Counted from the stretch's first letter, positions 1 through 14,132 are shown. The stretch: DNA of 64,000 nt from Eledone cirrhosa (GCA_964016885.1 OZ024744.1:86242001-86306000); one strand, 5' to 3'. Made by a program: numbers and translations. The notes: generated from the sequence alone by a model not told the origin.

Positions 1-166
1 GATTTGTTTCTTCAGCATTCGTACAGGTTGTTTTCCTCGATCGTAAAAATGATAGAAAAATAAATTACGTCTGAAATTTTGGCGTAAAAAAATTAGAAAT
101 ATTTCACTTGGGTGACTTAGGTGAGCTATTCAGAAAGCGTCGCGGGCCGCAGGTTGCCCAAGACTA
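1..166. mobile_element. hAT-type MITE, right part (same family as 25072-25354)
   Basis: 1-160 matches 25190-25350; ends in TIR-like AGGTTGCCCAAGACTA followed by GTCTAGAC (hAT-like 8-bp target). Confidence 0.7.
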
Positions 167-174
167 GTCTAGAC

Positions 175-885
175 CAAACCCCGTCAACTTCACCAGTCCT
201 ACCACCCAGCGTCTGACGACGCTGTTGAATGGTATGGATTTGCCTCTCTATGTTTCGAGCTGCAAACCCTCTGACTTTTCCGGGTTATCATTTCTCTCGT
301 CTACGTTTCCTAGCACTGTAACAGCTCCAGCTTCCGCAGTACTGGCTTCTGTCGTCGTCGTCGAGGTTGTTGTTGTTGTTGCTGCCGTTGTTGCTGTTGT
401 TGTCGTCCTCGCCGTTGTTGCTGTTGCCGTTGGTTCTGCTGCTGCATTTGTTGCTGTTGTAGTTGTAGTCGTTGTTGTTGCTCTTGCTATTGTTGTTTTT
501 GTTGTTGTTGTTGTTGGCGACGGTGGCCTTGTTGGTGATGTCTATGGTAGTGTTGGTGACAGTACTGGTACTGCTGACAGTGGTGGTAGTGGTGACGCTA
601 TTGTCAACCTTTGAACTTCAGTCCGAGTCGCTGTCACGCGACATCACTTTCTCGCTGCTGGATATGAAGGGGTGTCGCCTTCATTTCTACAAAAATTGGG
701 CGCGTAGATAACACTTCTAAGGTTCGAATATTTGGGTCTATGTTCCAAATATTATGGAATCTCATTTCTTCAGAGCGCAGACTGGGGACTTATACTTATG
801 TCCCATTTGTAAAAAAAAAAAACAACGATTTTAATGTGAGAATTTAACAAACATATGGGAGCTTACAATCACACGTCTGTACAAA
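175..885 (-). mobile_element. Internally deleted L1/Tx1-clade LINE remnant
   Basis: 175-290 is similar to the RT-region sequence at 2578-2697; 300-685 is a (GTT)n-rich ORF1-like start as in 4390-4800; an AGACGTG motif lies near the 5' end (872-878, minus strand). Confidence 0.6.
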
Positions 886-1001
886 ACAACAACAAAACAA
901 CAACAGCAGTAACTATAATAATAATAACTGTTTCTACTTTTGACACAAGGCCAGCAATAATAATAATAATAACAACAACAACAACAATATTAATAATAAT
1001 A

Positions 1002-1172
1002 ATTGTTTCTACTTTTGGCACAAGGCCAGCAAATACCCAGTGTATTACTGGTACTTTATTTTACCGACCCCGTAAGGATTAAAGGCAAAGTTAACCTCGG
1101 CGGGATTTGAACAAAGATTATAAAAGGACCAAAGCATGGTGTCCGACTCTCTACCGATACTGCCAATCAACC
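1002..1172 (-). mobile_element. tRNA-derived SINE, family 1
   Basis: Minus strand has A-box TGGCAGTATCGG, B-box GTTCAAATCC, a central GCCTTT.ATCCTTACGGGGTCG.TAAAATAAAGTACC motif and an (ATT)n tail. Confidence 0.85.
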
Positions 1173-1174
1173 GA

Positions 1175-4100
1175 TTTCATTTATTGGCCACAAGGGGCGA
1201 CATATAGGGGACAATACAAAAGACTGGGACAGTGGGGTTTTACAGAAAAATCGAGTAAACAAATATGAATAACAATAACAAAGTAACAAGAAAAATGCAA
1301 GAAAAATTCCCCAATAGAGGGGTGACCACCCAGGATTCGCTCAGGTACCCCACCAATCCTGAACGACCCGACGCTTCGAGAGCACCCTGGAAGGGCTCCC
1401 TTTCCTCTTCAAATTTACCCACCTACAGCCGCATGACCAGAGTAGGCCCACTCACACGCGCCATTCTCGCCACATTCATCCACATTTCAGAAAATGTACT
1501 GGGTGCAGCACTTCTCTCTCCACCCTCACCTTCCTTTCCAAGTGAAACTTGAAAAAGTTGATGAGGGATTGGCCGAAGAGAAAAGTGTCTGTCTTCAGTC
1601 ATTTCAACCTCGTCCACCATACAACCTCTTTCGCTACTGCCACCAGACAGAGGAAAATTTCCTGCCCTTCCTGGCCAAAAGAAGGCGGCAGGTCGATCTT
1701 CACTATGGACTCGGCCGATAGCCGGATCCGTTCTACACGCGACAACAGCTGTTCGACAAAACTCCACAAGTCAGTAATGCACGGACACTGGACGAGTGCG
1801 TGCAGAACGGTTTCGTCGCTCTGCACGTATCTCTGGCAGGTCCGTCTGACAGCACTTCTGTGCCGGTAGAATATATCTCGAACCAGCAGTTCCCCACGGT
1901 AGCATTGCCAAGCGAGGGATTTTTGGAAATTATACATCGTCCACGGCTCGAAAGTCCTCCGGAATAGGCTGGTTAGTTCGACTTCGTCGACTCCCAGAGC
2001 CTCTCCAAGTGCGTCATCGCACTTGCCTACCACCAATCCTCTACAGAACTCGAGAGTGGAAGTTCCACTGACCACATTGCCTGCCTGGTAGAGGGCAGTG
2101 AGTGCCTGGCAACATTCCAGATGCCAGTCACCCAGTCTCGGTCTCTTCTTGACCCAGGACTGCAGCTCAGTCAAAGAAACGAGCTGCGGAAAGGCCCGTC
2201 TGACAAACGGCGACCACACCTGTTCACCGTTTAGGCAGAATATCTGGAGATGCCGCAGCCTCAGCGCGTGTCTGCGCATCATTAGCCACGACAACCCAGT
2301 CCTCCACGTAGAGGGTGCTGGCAGCAGATGGCCCACCTCCTCATCGGAACCTGACCCCTTCACAAGAATTTGAAGAGGAGCCACTCAAAGATGGCGAGGC
2401 CTGAACGGGGGCAAGAGACGATGGTCAGACGGTAGTAGATGACGGACGCAATGTACGCGTTCGCCACCTCCGCCCGACCTTTTAGTGGTAGCTTTCTCGC
2501 AGCCCATTTCTGGTTGAGACTGACTACCCTGCCCGTCACCTTGTCCCAATTCTTATCCACCTGGAGGTCTGGCCCGAACCAAACCCCGAGCATCTTTACC
2601 AGTCCGTCCGTTCAGCGCCTAACGACGCTGTTGGACGGCATGGACTTGCCTCTCCAGGTGCCGAGTTGCAAGCCCACCGACTTTTCCGGGTTGTTTTGCC
2701 CCCGTCAACCTTTCATATTCCTCCAATAAGTTGCCGACCACCTCGATTTCTGAGGTGCCCGACACCATGACGGTGATGTCGTCCGCATAAGCCGACACAG
2801 CCTTTCCGCGTCCCGGTTCGAGCGGGATGCCCTGCAACAGCTCCAGCCTCCGCAGTAAAGGCTCGAGAGTCAATACGTACAGAAGGGAGGAGAGAGGGCA
2901 CCCTTGACGGACCGATCGGGAAACCTGAAATGGTTCCGAGAGGTGGCCATTAATTTTGACCACCGAGCAGGTGCCGCTGTGCATTGCAGCGATCCAGCTT
3001 CTGAAGACGGGGCCGAAGCCAGCCGCCTTGAGGACAGCCTCCAGGTACCGATGGTCGATCCTATCGAATGCTTTCGATTGATCTAAATTGATCAGAGCCT
3101 CACCGAAGCCAGGTTTACACCATACCCTCTCTATGATGTATCGCATCAGGTGGAGGTTGTCGTGTATGGACCTGGTTGGGATTGCGTAAGTTTGCGCCTC
3201 CCCAACCAAATCCCCTACGACAAGCACCAACCTCTTCGCTAACACCCTGGTCAAAATCTTAAACTCTGTGTTGAGAAGAGTTATGGGCCTGAAATTGTCT
3301 AATGAGTCCCTCTTCTTCTCGTCTTTCCTCATCAGCGTCACTATGCCCCGGCTCACAGAACTGCTGCCATTTGCAGTAGAGCGCTTCGAGCAGATTGGAG
3401 AACAAGTCTGGCATATTTATGTAAAGCCCGTAGGGCGGTTCATCCAAACCGGGTGACTTGCGCCGTATGCAGCCGACATGGGCATGCTGAATCTCGGCTG
3501 AAGTAAACGGCCTTTCGAAGTGCCCAGCATCGCCCGTCGAAAGATGCTGCAAGCCATCGAGGTAAGAACTGAAGTCCACCACCGCCTCTTTCCCACCACT
3601 TCCCCCGAACAACCTAACAAAATGTTGGCGAAAGGCCTCACACATCCGCTTGGAATCGCTCAGCTCGTGCTCATCTTGGTTCGTGAAAGACCGAATCGTG
3701 GTTTTATTATCACGCTGCGCCTCTGCCATGCGGGCCCATCGAACAGCTTTGGTTCCCTCGTTTCTCAGAGCACGCGCCTTAGCTCTGACAATGCAACCTT
3801 CGTGTTTCGCATTGAAGAAATGGTCTAATGCCACTCTCGCCGCTAGCACGTCAGTTGCAATGCCACTACCAATAGCCTCGTCTAACTTATCTACCAAGTC
3901 TCCCTCCTTTCTATTTTTCTCTAACGCTACTTCTTTGCTAATCTCTATCGACATTACCCTAATCTCTGTTTTGAGAGCCCCCACACCATCTATTGTTGAC
4001 GACTCCCCCTTTCAACCTTTACTTAACTAAATTGTTGACCTGGTCCCGGTAAGCCTTACGTGCCGGAAATGACATGTTCAGCTTCCAGTAACCAGGTCCT

Positions 4101-5017
4101 AACCTACGCGTCTTATCTAGGTCAACCATACAGATCACAAACTTATGATCTGAATAGGCGACCGTCGGCAGCAGTGGAGCCCTTCGACCCCTTGCATCTT
4201 TCAGCAGTTGAGGGCAGAAGGCTCGCAAATGGGTTTTTTCTCCACAAACAAAACAATGCGGCATTTGCCCTCGGTCATAATATGAATGACCGTCCAATTC
4301 TGAAGGCGGATGTGGTCCGGGATTGTCTTCACATTCTCGGGCCTGATCTGGAGAAGTATCTCCAGGTCAACCCCGGACCGAAAGTGTTCTTCTTGTTGTC
4401 GTTAGGGGTGTTGTTGTTGTCGTCGTTGTTCTTGTTGGTGTTGTTGTTGTTATCACTGTCGCTGTTATCACTGTTGTTCCCGATGCCGCCGTTATTCTCG
4501 GTGCAGTTAGTATTGTTGCTGTTGGTTCTGCCGCTACTTGTTTTCATGTTAGTGGTGTTGATATTGTTGTTGCACTGGTTGTCATTATTTCTGTTATCTG
4601 TATTTTCGTAGTCGCTGTTACTGTCATTTATTTCAAAATTAGAGTTCTCAGTGTTGTTATCATTGCTGTCTTTGTTCACATTGTTTGTGGTGGTGTTTGT
4701 TGTATCAATTTCTGTTAATTTCGCCTCAGCGTTCCTCTCAACTTTCAGGTCGGTGTCACACGACAGCAGACATATCGCTGGGGGGCGTGGCTCAGCCATT
4801 TTTATTTATTTATTTTATTTTTTTTTAAATAATTTTTTAAAAATGTAAAAGAGTTCAAATATTTGGGCAAAAGGCCCAAACACTATTCTTTGCCCCACAC
4901 AGGGCAAAGTTCAAGGGCTTGCATGCCTTACACGACAACAAAAAACTCAATAAATAAGCTTTGACAGGTAAATAAATAAACCTACGAGAGCGAGAAACAA
5001 GACGTCCGTTCAGACTC
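1175..5017 (-). mobile_element. Decayed L1/Tx1-clade LINE with internal deletions
   Basis: Asn-rich ORF1 start at 4799; CCHC knuckle CFVCGEKTHLRAFC joined directly to the APE end SDHK..GPGYWKLN; RT motifs NFRPITLLN, LDQSKAFD, RQGCPLS, YADD; C-terminal CQRY..HALVQC; AATAAA at 1180-1185; frameshifts and stops. Confidence 0.93.
1423..4160 (-). pseudogene. Frameshifted LINE ORF2 (APE end, RT, CCHC)
   Basis: ORF-track fragments 3259-3984, 2619-3356, 2360-2593, 1599-2384 and 1423-1767 are colinear with ORF2 at 57194-60631. Confidence 0.9.
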
Positions 5018-5036
5018 AATAATAATAATAATAATA

Positions 5037-5225
5037 ATTGTTTCTACTTTTGGCACAAGGCCAGCAAACACCCAGTGTATTACTGGTACTTTATTTTATC
5101 GACCCGGTAAGGATGAAAGGCAAAGTTAACCTCGGCGGGATTTGAACTCAGAATGGCAAGGGCCGTAACTCTATGCGCTAAAGCATGGCGTGCGACCCTC
5201 TACCGATACTGCCAATCCACCGCCC

Positions 5226-5301
<76 letters not shown>

Positions 5302-5465
5302 CTTCTACTTTTGGCACAAAACCAGCAATTACCCCAGTGCATTACTGGGACTTCATTTTATCGACCCCGTAAGGATGAAAGGCAAATTTAACCTCGGCGG
5401 ATTTGAACTCAGAAGGTTAAGGGCCATAACTCTATGCTGCAAAGCATGGTGTCTGACGCTCTATG
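5037..5465 (-). mobile_element. Two tandem SINE family 1 copies separated by an (AAT)n tail
   Basis: Copies at 5037-5226 and 5299-5465; (AAT)n at 5227-5300. Confidence 0.88.
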
Positions 5466-6059
5466 CTATTGCGTTATTTAAAAACATTTATTTTATTTTG
5501 TTATATTTATATTTTTGTAACTCATGAAGACAGAAATAGAGTAGCGGATCTTTGCTTTACTGAGAGAATGTCTGATCAGTGGTCTGTGATCACATGGGCA
5601 ATGAGGCAAAAGACTGGCTTATTAACATCGACTGTTATATCTCACCTTGGAAACTTAACAATACTGGCGGTATTCATCAGACACCCTTTGAAGTCAACCG
5701 TTGATGGCATACAGTAAAATTGTTCACGAAGTCATGTTAAACCTGTTATTATGGTACCCCGGTATTCAGTAGGGAATTTAATTGCACACTACGAAAAATA
5801 AGTGGGGTTAAAGTATTATTACGCATGCTTGTAAGATATGTGATAGTGTTGTGTAGTCTAAACTGTTGTTATGTATCTAACAAAATATAATGCTGAAAAT
5901 ATTGTCCCATCTATATAGATATCGTATACCTGTAGCCTATATAAACATCATATCTATAGCTTTATGCTTCTGTTACATTGTCGCAAATGTAGTATCTAAC
6001 AGTGTAGATGAAATATATATTAAAACAAATGCTTATTTTAATATATTGAAACACTAGAA

Positions 6060-6402
6060 CAGGGGCGAGCAGCAGGCGGCCCCCCGGCCACAATCCAGCC
6101 CGCCAGATCAGTCAGGTTGGCCCGCGACGACCGTTTTTTAATTTTTACCTTGTAGGCTTATTTAGAATATTTTTTGTAACCAGACATTGATAAATTGTGC
6201 TAAAATACCAAATACCAAGTCTCACATTAATAAAACTAAATTATATTTTATTTGTCTTTATTGTTTAAAAATGTATTCACAATGTATTTATGACTCAATT
6301 CACTGGTTTTCATTAAATTACATATTTTTGACAGTGACTGGCCTTAATAGTTGTTCCAATGTTCAAAAGTAGCTCGCCAATGGAATATGTTGCACACCTC
6401 TG
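6060..6402. mobile_element. hAT (Charlie-like) MITE
   Basis: Imperfect TIRs CAGGGGCGAGCAGCA / TGTTGCACACCTCTG; 8-bp TSD CACTAGAA (6052-6059) / CTCTAGAA (6403-6410); subterminal GGCCCGC-type motifs. Confidence 0.75.
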
Positions 6403-6559
6403 CTCTAGAAGGTGAACCACAACATACACCAGTAAAAATAAATTAGTAGTCCGATTAACAAAGCTTCGCTATGGACAACTGTTGTTCTCCTGAGCGGCGT
6501 TGTGTATTACTACACTGAGTAGATAAAACAGAGTAGAAAACAGTCAGAATCACATAAGA

Positions 6560-7370
6560 CCTTCCGCCTTTTTATCGACCAATTTTTCTGAATATCTCTG
6601 ATTTGATAATCGGCTTGAGATCTTGAAAGCTTTCGTTTTTTTTATGTTCAACTTTGGGGCTTCCTTAAGGTATTCCTTAACATATTTTTTTTTTAGCATT
6701 GATCAATTTTCTGATTCCTTCGTAGTTTTCATTGAACCAAACTTTGTTGGGCTTTCTCTAGAAGCCAATGATTTTTTCAGCCTTTTCCTGAATGATATTT
6801 CGGATTAATGTCCCATTTTCATTAGTATCCTTGGAGATAACGGGCTTGTTTGCCAGCTTCTCTTTTATGAATTCTTAGAATCCTACAGATTAGTCTTTAA
6901 ATGTCGTTATGTTAACATTTCTTCGTGGTTAACATTTTAAGTGAGCTGGCGATTCACTAAGAACAGATATTTTGAATTGACATATGAGGAGTTTAATCCG
7001 TTCAAAATCATCGGCTTTTCTTGGTGTGTTGGCGATATTTCCATCTTCCTTGTCACATTGATGAGAAATGGTGTAGTCAAGGACATAATGCTTAGAATGT
7101 GAGTGTATCTACGTGGTTTAAAACGGGTTTCGAGCTGGAAATGCGTGTTGGTAATGAAAAGAGTCCGAGTACTAATTGACCGTTTGGTTTGTAATTTTTG
7201 TTGACTTGCTTTTCCATGGATCCTATCTTTACCCAACCTGTGTCTGTGGTAGCGAACATAGTAGTGCAAATCAAGAAAAGGTTGCAGATGAATTCATTGG
7301 CTGTGAGTATATCTGCGAGGAGCCTTTCCTTCTGAGATGCAAGATGGAGACCGTCTACGATTTCCGAATG
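6560..7370 (-). mobile_element. Decayed RTE-clade LINE fragment (endonuclease and linker)
   Basis: Minus-strand translation gives LFITNTHFQ... and IIGF*RKPNKVWFNENYEGIRKLINAK, resembling RTE/BovB motifs. Confidence 0.6.
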
Positions 7371-7526
7371 GCTAAATGTCAGTAGAAGGGCACCCAGCTG
7401 TCATGAAATAGATGCGACCCGGGCCGCTTAGAAGTTAAGGGCTGAAACGCTCCCTTGAATGGAGTTTCTATCCTTGAATACCGTCTGCTGTCCAGCTCTC
7501 GTAAGAGTTTCTTATCGCGTTTCTTA

Positions 7527-7565
<39 letters not shown>

Positions 7566-7597
7566 CACACACACACAAACAGACACACACACACACA

Positions 7598-7647
<50 letters not shown>

Positions 7648-7926
7648 ACAAACCTTGCCCGGCACAAGACCCACCATTCAAACCATTTTATCTCTGTTAT
7701 TCGTCTCTGTTGGACGGCAAAGAATGTTTACATCTAAATAAATTACGAAATGCTGTATATTATATATATGTCTTAGCTTGATCCAAAATTTATGATCATT
7801 TTCATTGAATGTAAATCATTAAACTGAAAAAAAAAAAAAATAATAATAACACCGGTTTTTGATTAAATTAATTAAAAATAAAATTGATATTTTCCTAATT
7901 TGGAAGTATTATCGTTATAGGTCTCG

Positions 7927-8108
7927 GGGGATTGGCAGTATCAGCAGAAGGTCGGACGCCATGCTTTGCAGCATAGAGTTACTTTATGGTGTGAGTTCAA
8001 ATCCCGCCGAGGTTCACTTTGCCTTTCATCCTTACGGGGTCGATAAAATAAAGTACCAGTAATGTATTGGAGGTAATTGCTGGCCTTGTACCAATAGTAG
8101 AAACAATT
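7927..8108 (+). mobile_element. SINE family 1 with 19-bp TSD
   Basis: A and B boxes on the plus strand; flanked by direct repeats ATTATCGTTATAGGTCTCG. Confidence 0.88.
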
Positions 8109-8888
8109 ATCGTTATAGGTCTCGAAACTGTGGTTGCCCGACAGTTTATCTATAAAAAAAAACAACCTTAGATAAGGGAAGTCGACTGAAGATCGGAATC
8201 TTTCATTGTTATTGTAGTTTTTGATTCATTTCCGCATTTCTTCTCCCTGTTCTCTACTGTCCCGTATATTCGTGTTTTATCCCAATTTACACTCGTTTCA
8301 TTACATTTAGTGGAACTGCTAAATCACAGCCGTTCGGTATGACGCAGATGAGAGTTCGAATATTACGACAAACGCTGTCAATAGTTTTCCGGATATATAA
8401 GCCTAATTTGTTTGACTATTTCTCCACTGTCAAGAAGACGCCCCCCCCCCCCAAAAAAAAATATCATCTATTGAAGCGTCTGGCACTAAACTATTTCCAA
8501 TATAATATATATCCGCTCAACATTTCTAAAACAATACCATTTGTTTAGATTCTTATCGATTGATAAGTCTTAAAATAACAGAAGTTTCCATCAGCCTCAC
8601 TATGGTGCAACTGGTAAATTACAACCATCCCACGTAAGGCAGGTGTAAGATCGAGTCCCAGAGGCATTGTTTTCCACACATTTTCGCATCTATGGTGCTT
8701 CGACTTGTTAGATTATTTGTATAGAAAAAAAAAGCTATTTTGGATGAGAAGACTTTGATCAAAGTCTTCTCACCAGAGATCCTCCATCCTCGGCATTTAG
8801 TTCAGTGCTTCTTAACCAGATTTTTGGATTGTTGATTGTCCACTTCCAACCTGTTCAGTTTTTTCAGCTATTTATAATAATAATAATA

Positions 8889-9155
8889 ATTGTTTCTACT
8901 TTTGGCACAAGGACAGCAAATATCCTAGTACATTACTGGTACTTTATTTTATCGACCCCGTAAGGATGAAAGGCAAAGTTAACCTCAGCGGGATTTAGGA
9001 CAGCAAATATCCCAGTACATTACTGGTACTTTATTTTATCGACCCCGTAAAGATGAAAAGCAAAGTTAACCTCGGCGGGATTGGAACTCAGATCATAAAG
9101 GGACGTAACTCTATGCTTCAAAGCATGGTGTCCGACTCTCTACCGATACTGCCAC
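8889..9155 (-). mobile_element. SINE family 1 with internal duplication
   Basis: Central segment is repeated (8910-8996 and 8997-9085). Confidence 0.85.
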
Positions 9156-9199
9156 TTAAAATTGTAATAATAATTATTATTATTGAGTTAAACAACGTG

Positions 9200-9375
9200 C
9201 TTTTCGGCACATAGGAATATCCCTTTACGTTCTGAGTTCAAATAACGCCGAGGTTAGCTCTGTCTTTCATCCTTATGGGGTCGATAAAATAAAGTACCAG
9301 TAACAAAATGGTGATCGATTTAATCGACTTTACCATCCTCTTAAATTTTCTTGGCCTTGTGTCTAAATCAGAAAC
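9200..9375 (+). mobile_element. Older SINE family 1 variant
   Basis: GAGTTCAAAT B-box and the central CTTTCATCC...GTCGATAAAATAAAGTACC motif. Confidence 0.7.
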
Positions 9376-9456
9376 ACTCATGATCATGATCATCATTACA
9401 ACCATCATCATCGTCATCATCACCGACTATGTCATAATAACTATTATCAAGTACGG

Positions 9457-9640
<184 letters not shown>

Positions 9641-9967
9641 CTGACTGAGGAATGCTCTCAGAACTGACCAATGGGAAGTTTGACACTTTTTTTGTTATTT
9701 TGTTCCTTTAACACCTTGTCCCTTCTACCACTTTATCAATTTTTTAAGCTAACTCCAACAATAACAACACTTAGAATGAGGAATGTTCTAACAACTGACC
9801 AATGAGAGGAGAAGAGGCCCTTTGACACTGAAATTCGTTTGTTTGAATTCATATGATTCCAGTTCCTCAGTAAAATAACAACCCAACCAGGAACTGGGCA
9901 TATCAGAGTATTGACAATATTATACATCTCAACAGCATATGTACTTGTCTATACCACACTAATTCGG

Positions 9968-10022
9968 ACTGCCTGAAGAGGTCACAGCCAAAGATGGCTG
10001 TTACTGAAATATATATAGCAGT
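9968..10022 (+). ncRNA. Type I hammerhead ribozyme (minimal, palindromic stem III)
   Basis: ACTGC-CTGAAGA-GGTCACAGCC..GGCTGTTACT-GAAA-TATATATA-GCAGT; stems I and II pair; AATAAA follows. Confidence 0.75.
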
Positions 10023-10170
10023 AATAAACGAAGCTAAATTTTAAACATTTGACTTTTTATTTAACTTTATTTTACAATATTCCGGAGTTACCAAACCAAC
10101 CTGCGCACTTCGTCGAGTGCTCCAGTCTGCATACTGAGGTGTTGGTATACAACCAACATATACTCAAAAT

Positions 10171-10682
<512 letters not shown>

Positions 10683-11334
10683 CGCTTCAGCTTGATCATG
10701 CATTAACCCCGTTTTGTCTGTGTTTGGCTTGTATTGGTGTGGTGCCTGTCTATGTGCAGGTTTAGCACCCCTGGACAACATTAGTTCCGTAACCTACTGG
10801 TATACCCTGATTATGTATACTATGGGGAGGAATAAAATCCCCTTGGACTTTCTGAAGGTACCTTAGGGGTCTCATAGTATTTCTATGACTCTAAGTCATG
10901 GGAAACTAAATCACCTGTTCTATACAGTGACTAATGCATAACTTCCTCTGTTGCTTTTGTGGCCTTTCACATGCCTTACCCTATTCTCCCCCCTTTTAAA
11001 ATTTTTTTTTTATTTTCTTTAATTTTTTAATTATTTAATTATCTTTTTATATTATTATTTTTCTTTTCTTTTATTATTATTATCATATATATATATTTTA
11101 ACTATCTTTAAATGCTTTTATTTGTTTCTGCGTGCCCTCACGTGCCTCCGTCTCTTGTGAGAAAATCTATCTATATCCTCATATGTAGCTGTAATGTTGA
11201 ATAACAACCCCATTACGAATCACTCCATCCTTCCCATTTCCAATCTCCCTCTTATTATCCTGTACTGTATATTTAATGTTCTGGTGACTAAGTTTGGTAG
11301 AGCTTATACTTAGCACTATATTTTTGTTTATAAA

Positions 11335-11379
11335 GCTCTGATGATTCCTGCCTCACTGTATGGATGAAACATTGTCAGA
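11335..11379 (+). ncRNA. Minimal hammerhead motif at the end of a PLE-like 3' UTR (about 10700-11420)
   Basis: CTGATGA-TTCC..GGAT-GAAAC-ATT-GTC; stem I is weak; followed by AATAAA and (TA)n. Confidence 0.55.
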
Positions 11380-11417
11380 AAATAAAAATTGTATGAGTAT
11401 GTAGGCGTTCTTTGATT

Positions 11418-11514
<97 letters not shown>

Positions 11515-11524
11515 TATCTATATA

Positions 11525-13822
11525 AATAGGAACAAGTATGACCCCGACGGCAGAGCTCAAGCCGTTTCTACGGCTATATCTGGACTAAATAAGAATTTTT
11601 AGTCTGGTAAATAAATAGCCGAACTCCTCAGGGGGTATTACCTTATATGGGTAGATAGTATTTGTCAAGAGGAATGGTAAAAAATTTGTTGTAATGACTG
11701 ATCATAGCATTTGGTGGGAGGTAGGGGTGGCTGAACTTGCCGGTAAAACAAAGAGGGAGTGAGGGAAACCCAGTCAAGCGTTGAAAGTGAAATCTATACA
11801 GCAGATTCTACGGATAGTGTATAAAAGGTCGAAAAAAGTGTATTGGAGAAGAGAAGGGGGGGGGGGTGTAAAAGAATAGGTAAATCGAAAGGGTGTAAAA
11901 AAAAACCCATTATAAAAATAAGGAAATAAATATATAAAAACAATTTCTGGTTACTACTCCATTTCTACAATCACCAAATTTCTCATTGGTATTGCTAAGC
12001 TATAGAAAAGTTTAATAGGTGGAGAATGGGAAAAATACTAAATAGGAGATTGTAGTGAAATAATTTTATAAAGCAAGCTTTACAGGAGGTCTAACACCGC
12101 TGCTATAGATAGTTAGTAATCAGCCAATGATATCTTACAATGACAGGTTAATAAGTTGAGAACAAAAATACTAAAATACTACTACAAAAATATTAATACT
12201 AATACAAAAATACTAATACAAAAATACTGATACAAAAATACCACCAAGAAATTTAGAAATCATAGAAATGGAGCAGCAACCAAAAAGAAAAAAAATTACG
12301 GAGGGTCTAACACATCTGCTATAAAAAGCGTAATCGGTCAATTCTATCATTAAATTAGGGGGGAGGGGTACTGAGGCTACAGAGGACCGATGGGCTGCAT
12401 CGGGGTAGGCGAAAGGTGAAAAAAAGAGACGAGGAAGGAGATCTGGGGTGGAATGACTAGGAAGAGATGAGGGAAGAAGGAAACATAGAGGAAAAGATTA
12501 CGTCTACCTTTGTAAGCAGAGGTTACCCCTTACAAAATCAGCAAGTGAGGTATCAGCCCTTGACTACCCCCCCCCCTCCCGGGTCATTATGGAGTTTGAG
12601 GGCGATGTAAGTCCTACGCAATCTGTGTTTGCATGCGGTTACTAATTTGTCTTTCTTGTTTAGGAGTTGGTCCTTCGAAAACAACATTTGTAATGTTTCC
12701 TCTGAGCATAAGTTACACGGACGGCGTCCTTCCGTGTAAGAGTTAGCTCTGGACAGTAAGCTCCAAGTAAGATTGTAGGTTATATTATTATCTTTGAGGT
12801 CCCAGATATGGCCCGAAAGTGTAGTGGCATGTGGCCGGGTTTCGGAAAGTATGTCGGTGTTGGTATAGCCGGGACTTGAAGTCACAAGCGGTTAATCCTA
12901 TATAAGCTTTGTTGGAGGTGTCCGTCCTCACGTTGCACTGGTAGATCACATTACGATCTCGGCATCTGTTGTTGAGGGGGAACATGGATCTATTAGGACA
13001 GTTACACCTCCTGGTCAGCTCTCCACTGGTGTCCAGGTTATTTCTTCCATAGGGGTCGAGTTTTTTGTTGTTATAGGAGACGATGTTTTGTGCGAAGTTA
13101 GGTGTGGTGCTGTAGGAGAGTTTGATGGTGTTTTTGTTGATTATGTTGTGGTAGCGGTGTTGTAGTGGGAAGTGTTTTTTGAGGAGCCTAAAGAAGATTT
13201 TCCCGATAGGTGTTGTCACCTCGGCATTGTGGGGAGGATTGAACCACGTTACGTTGCGTGATCGGCGGTGTCGCCTGCTGGTCCCGCTAATGGAAGCTGG
13301 ATAATAGGATCATTGTCGAGATCATTGTCGAGATTAAGGGTGACGTCCAGGAAGTTTACTCGGGTTAGGGACGTTTGTTGGGTTATTTTAAATCCCCAGT
13401 CCGGGAAGAAGCTGATTAGTTGTTTACAGACCCGGTCTGTACTACTGGGGTTGTACCCTGTGAGGGTGAGGAGCCCATCATCGCGGTACAATCCACTGCA
13501 GAATGCAGGAAACATTTCGGTGAGTTTAAATAGTAGGAATAATCCTTTAAGATCTGTGACCTCAGCCGAATCCGTCGCGCCCATACTGACGTCGAAGGGG
13601 GAAGTCAGTAGCTTTCTTTATCTATTTTGAATTGTCGAAAAGTAGGACTGTCTTCCTGGCGTGTAGGATGATATTTTTTCCTAGTCGGTGATGGGCGTGA
13701 ATGTTTCGGCAAAGACCAAGGCGGCCGTAAGGAGCGGTAAGGTAATTGATGCATAGAAACTCTCTATGTCAAACTGGATGAATTTTGTATCTAGTTTGTC
13801 CTCCATATTGCTGAACCATGAG
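11525..13822 (-). mobile_element. 5'-truncated Penelope-like element (RT plus C-terminal GIY-YIG; Naiad-like), decayed
   Basis: FDIESFY, MGATDSAEV, GLYRDDGL, NFLDVTL, WFNPP, CNC..C, AYIGLT, CNLC, LLNK..CKH; about 1 kb 3' UTR ending in an HHR; (TA)n on both sides. Confidence 0.92.
11541..11636 (-). ncRNA. Type I hammerhead ribozyme with full stem III
   Basis: Minus strand: ACCCC-CTGAGGA-GTT-CGGCTAT...ATAGCCG-TA-GAAAC-GGC(ttgagctct)GCC-GTC^GGGGT. Confidence 0.85.
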
Positions 13823-13855
13823 ATATATATATATAGGCATACATACAATATATAT

Positions 13856-13901
<46 letters not shown>

Positions 13902-13953
13902 GTACATATATACACACACACACACCCACATATATATATATGTATGTATATAT

Positions 13954-14132
13954 GGATTGGCAGTATCGGTAGAGGGTTGGACGCTATTCTTTGACGCATA
14001 GAGTTACGGCCCTTGCCATTCTGAGTTCAAATCTCGCCGAGGTTAATTTTTGCCTTTCATCCTTACGGGGTCGATAAGATAAAGTACCAGTAATGCACTG
14101 GTTAATTGCTGGCCTTGTACCAAAAGTAGAAG

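Noticed and set aside
5650-5700. Minus-strand CTGATGA plus small hairpin
   Set aside because: No GAAA or stem I; not an HHR.
8746-8771. 26-bp perfect palindrome GAGAAGACTTTGATCAAAGTCTTCTC
   Set aside because: Isolated, with no family or function assignable.
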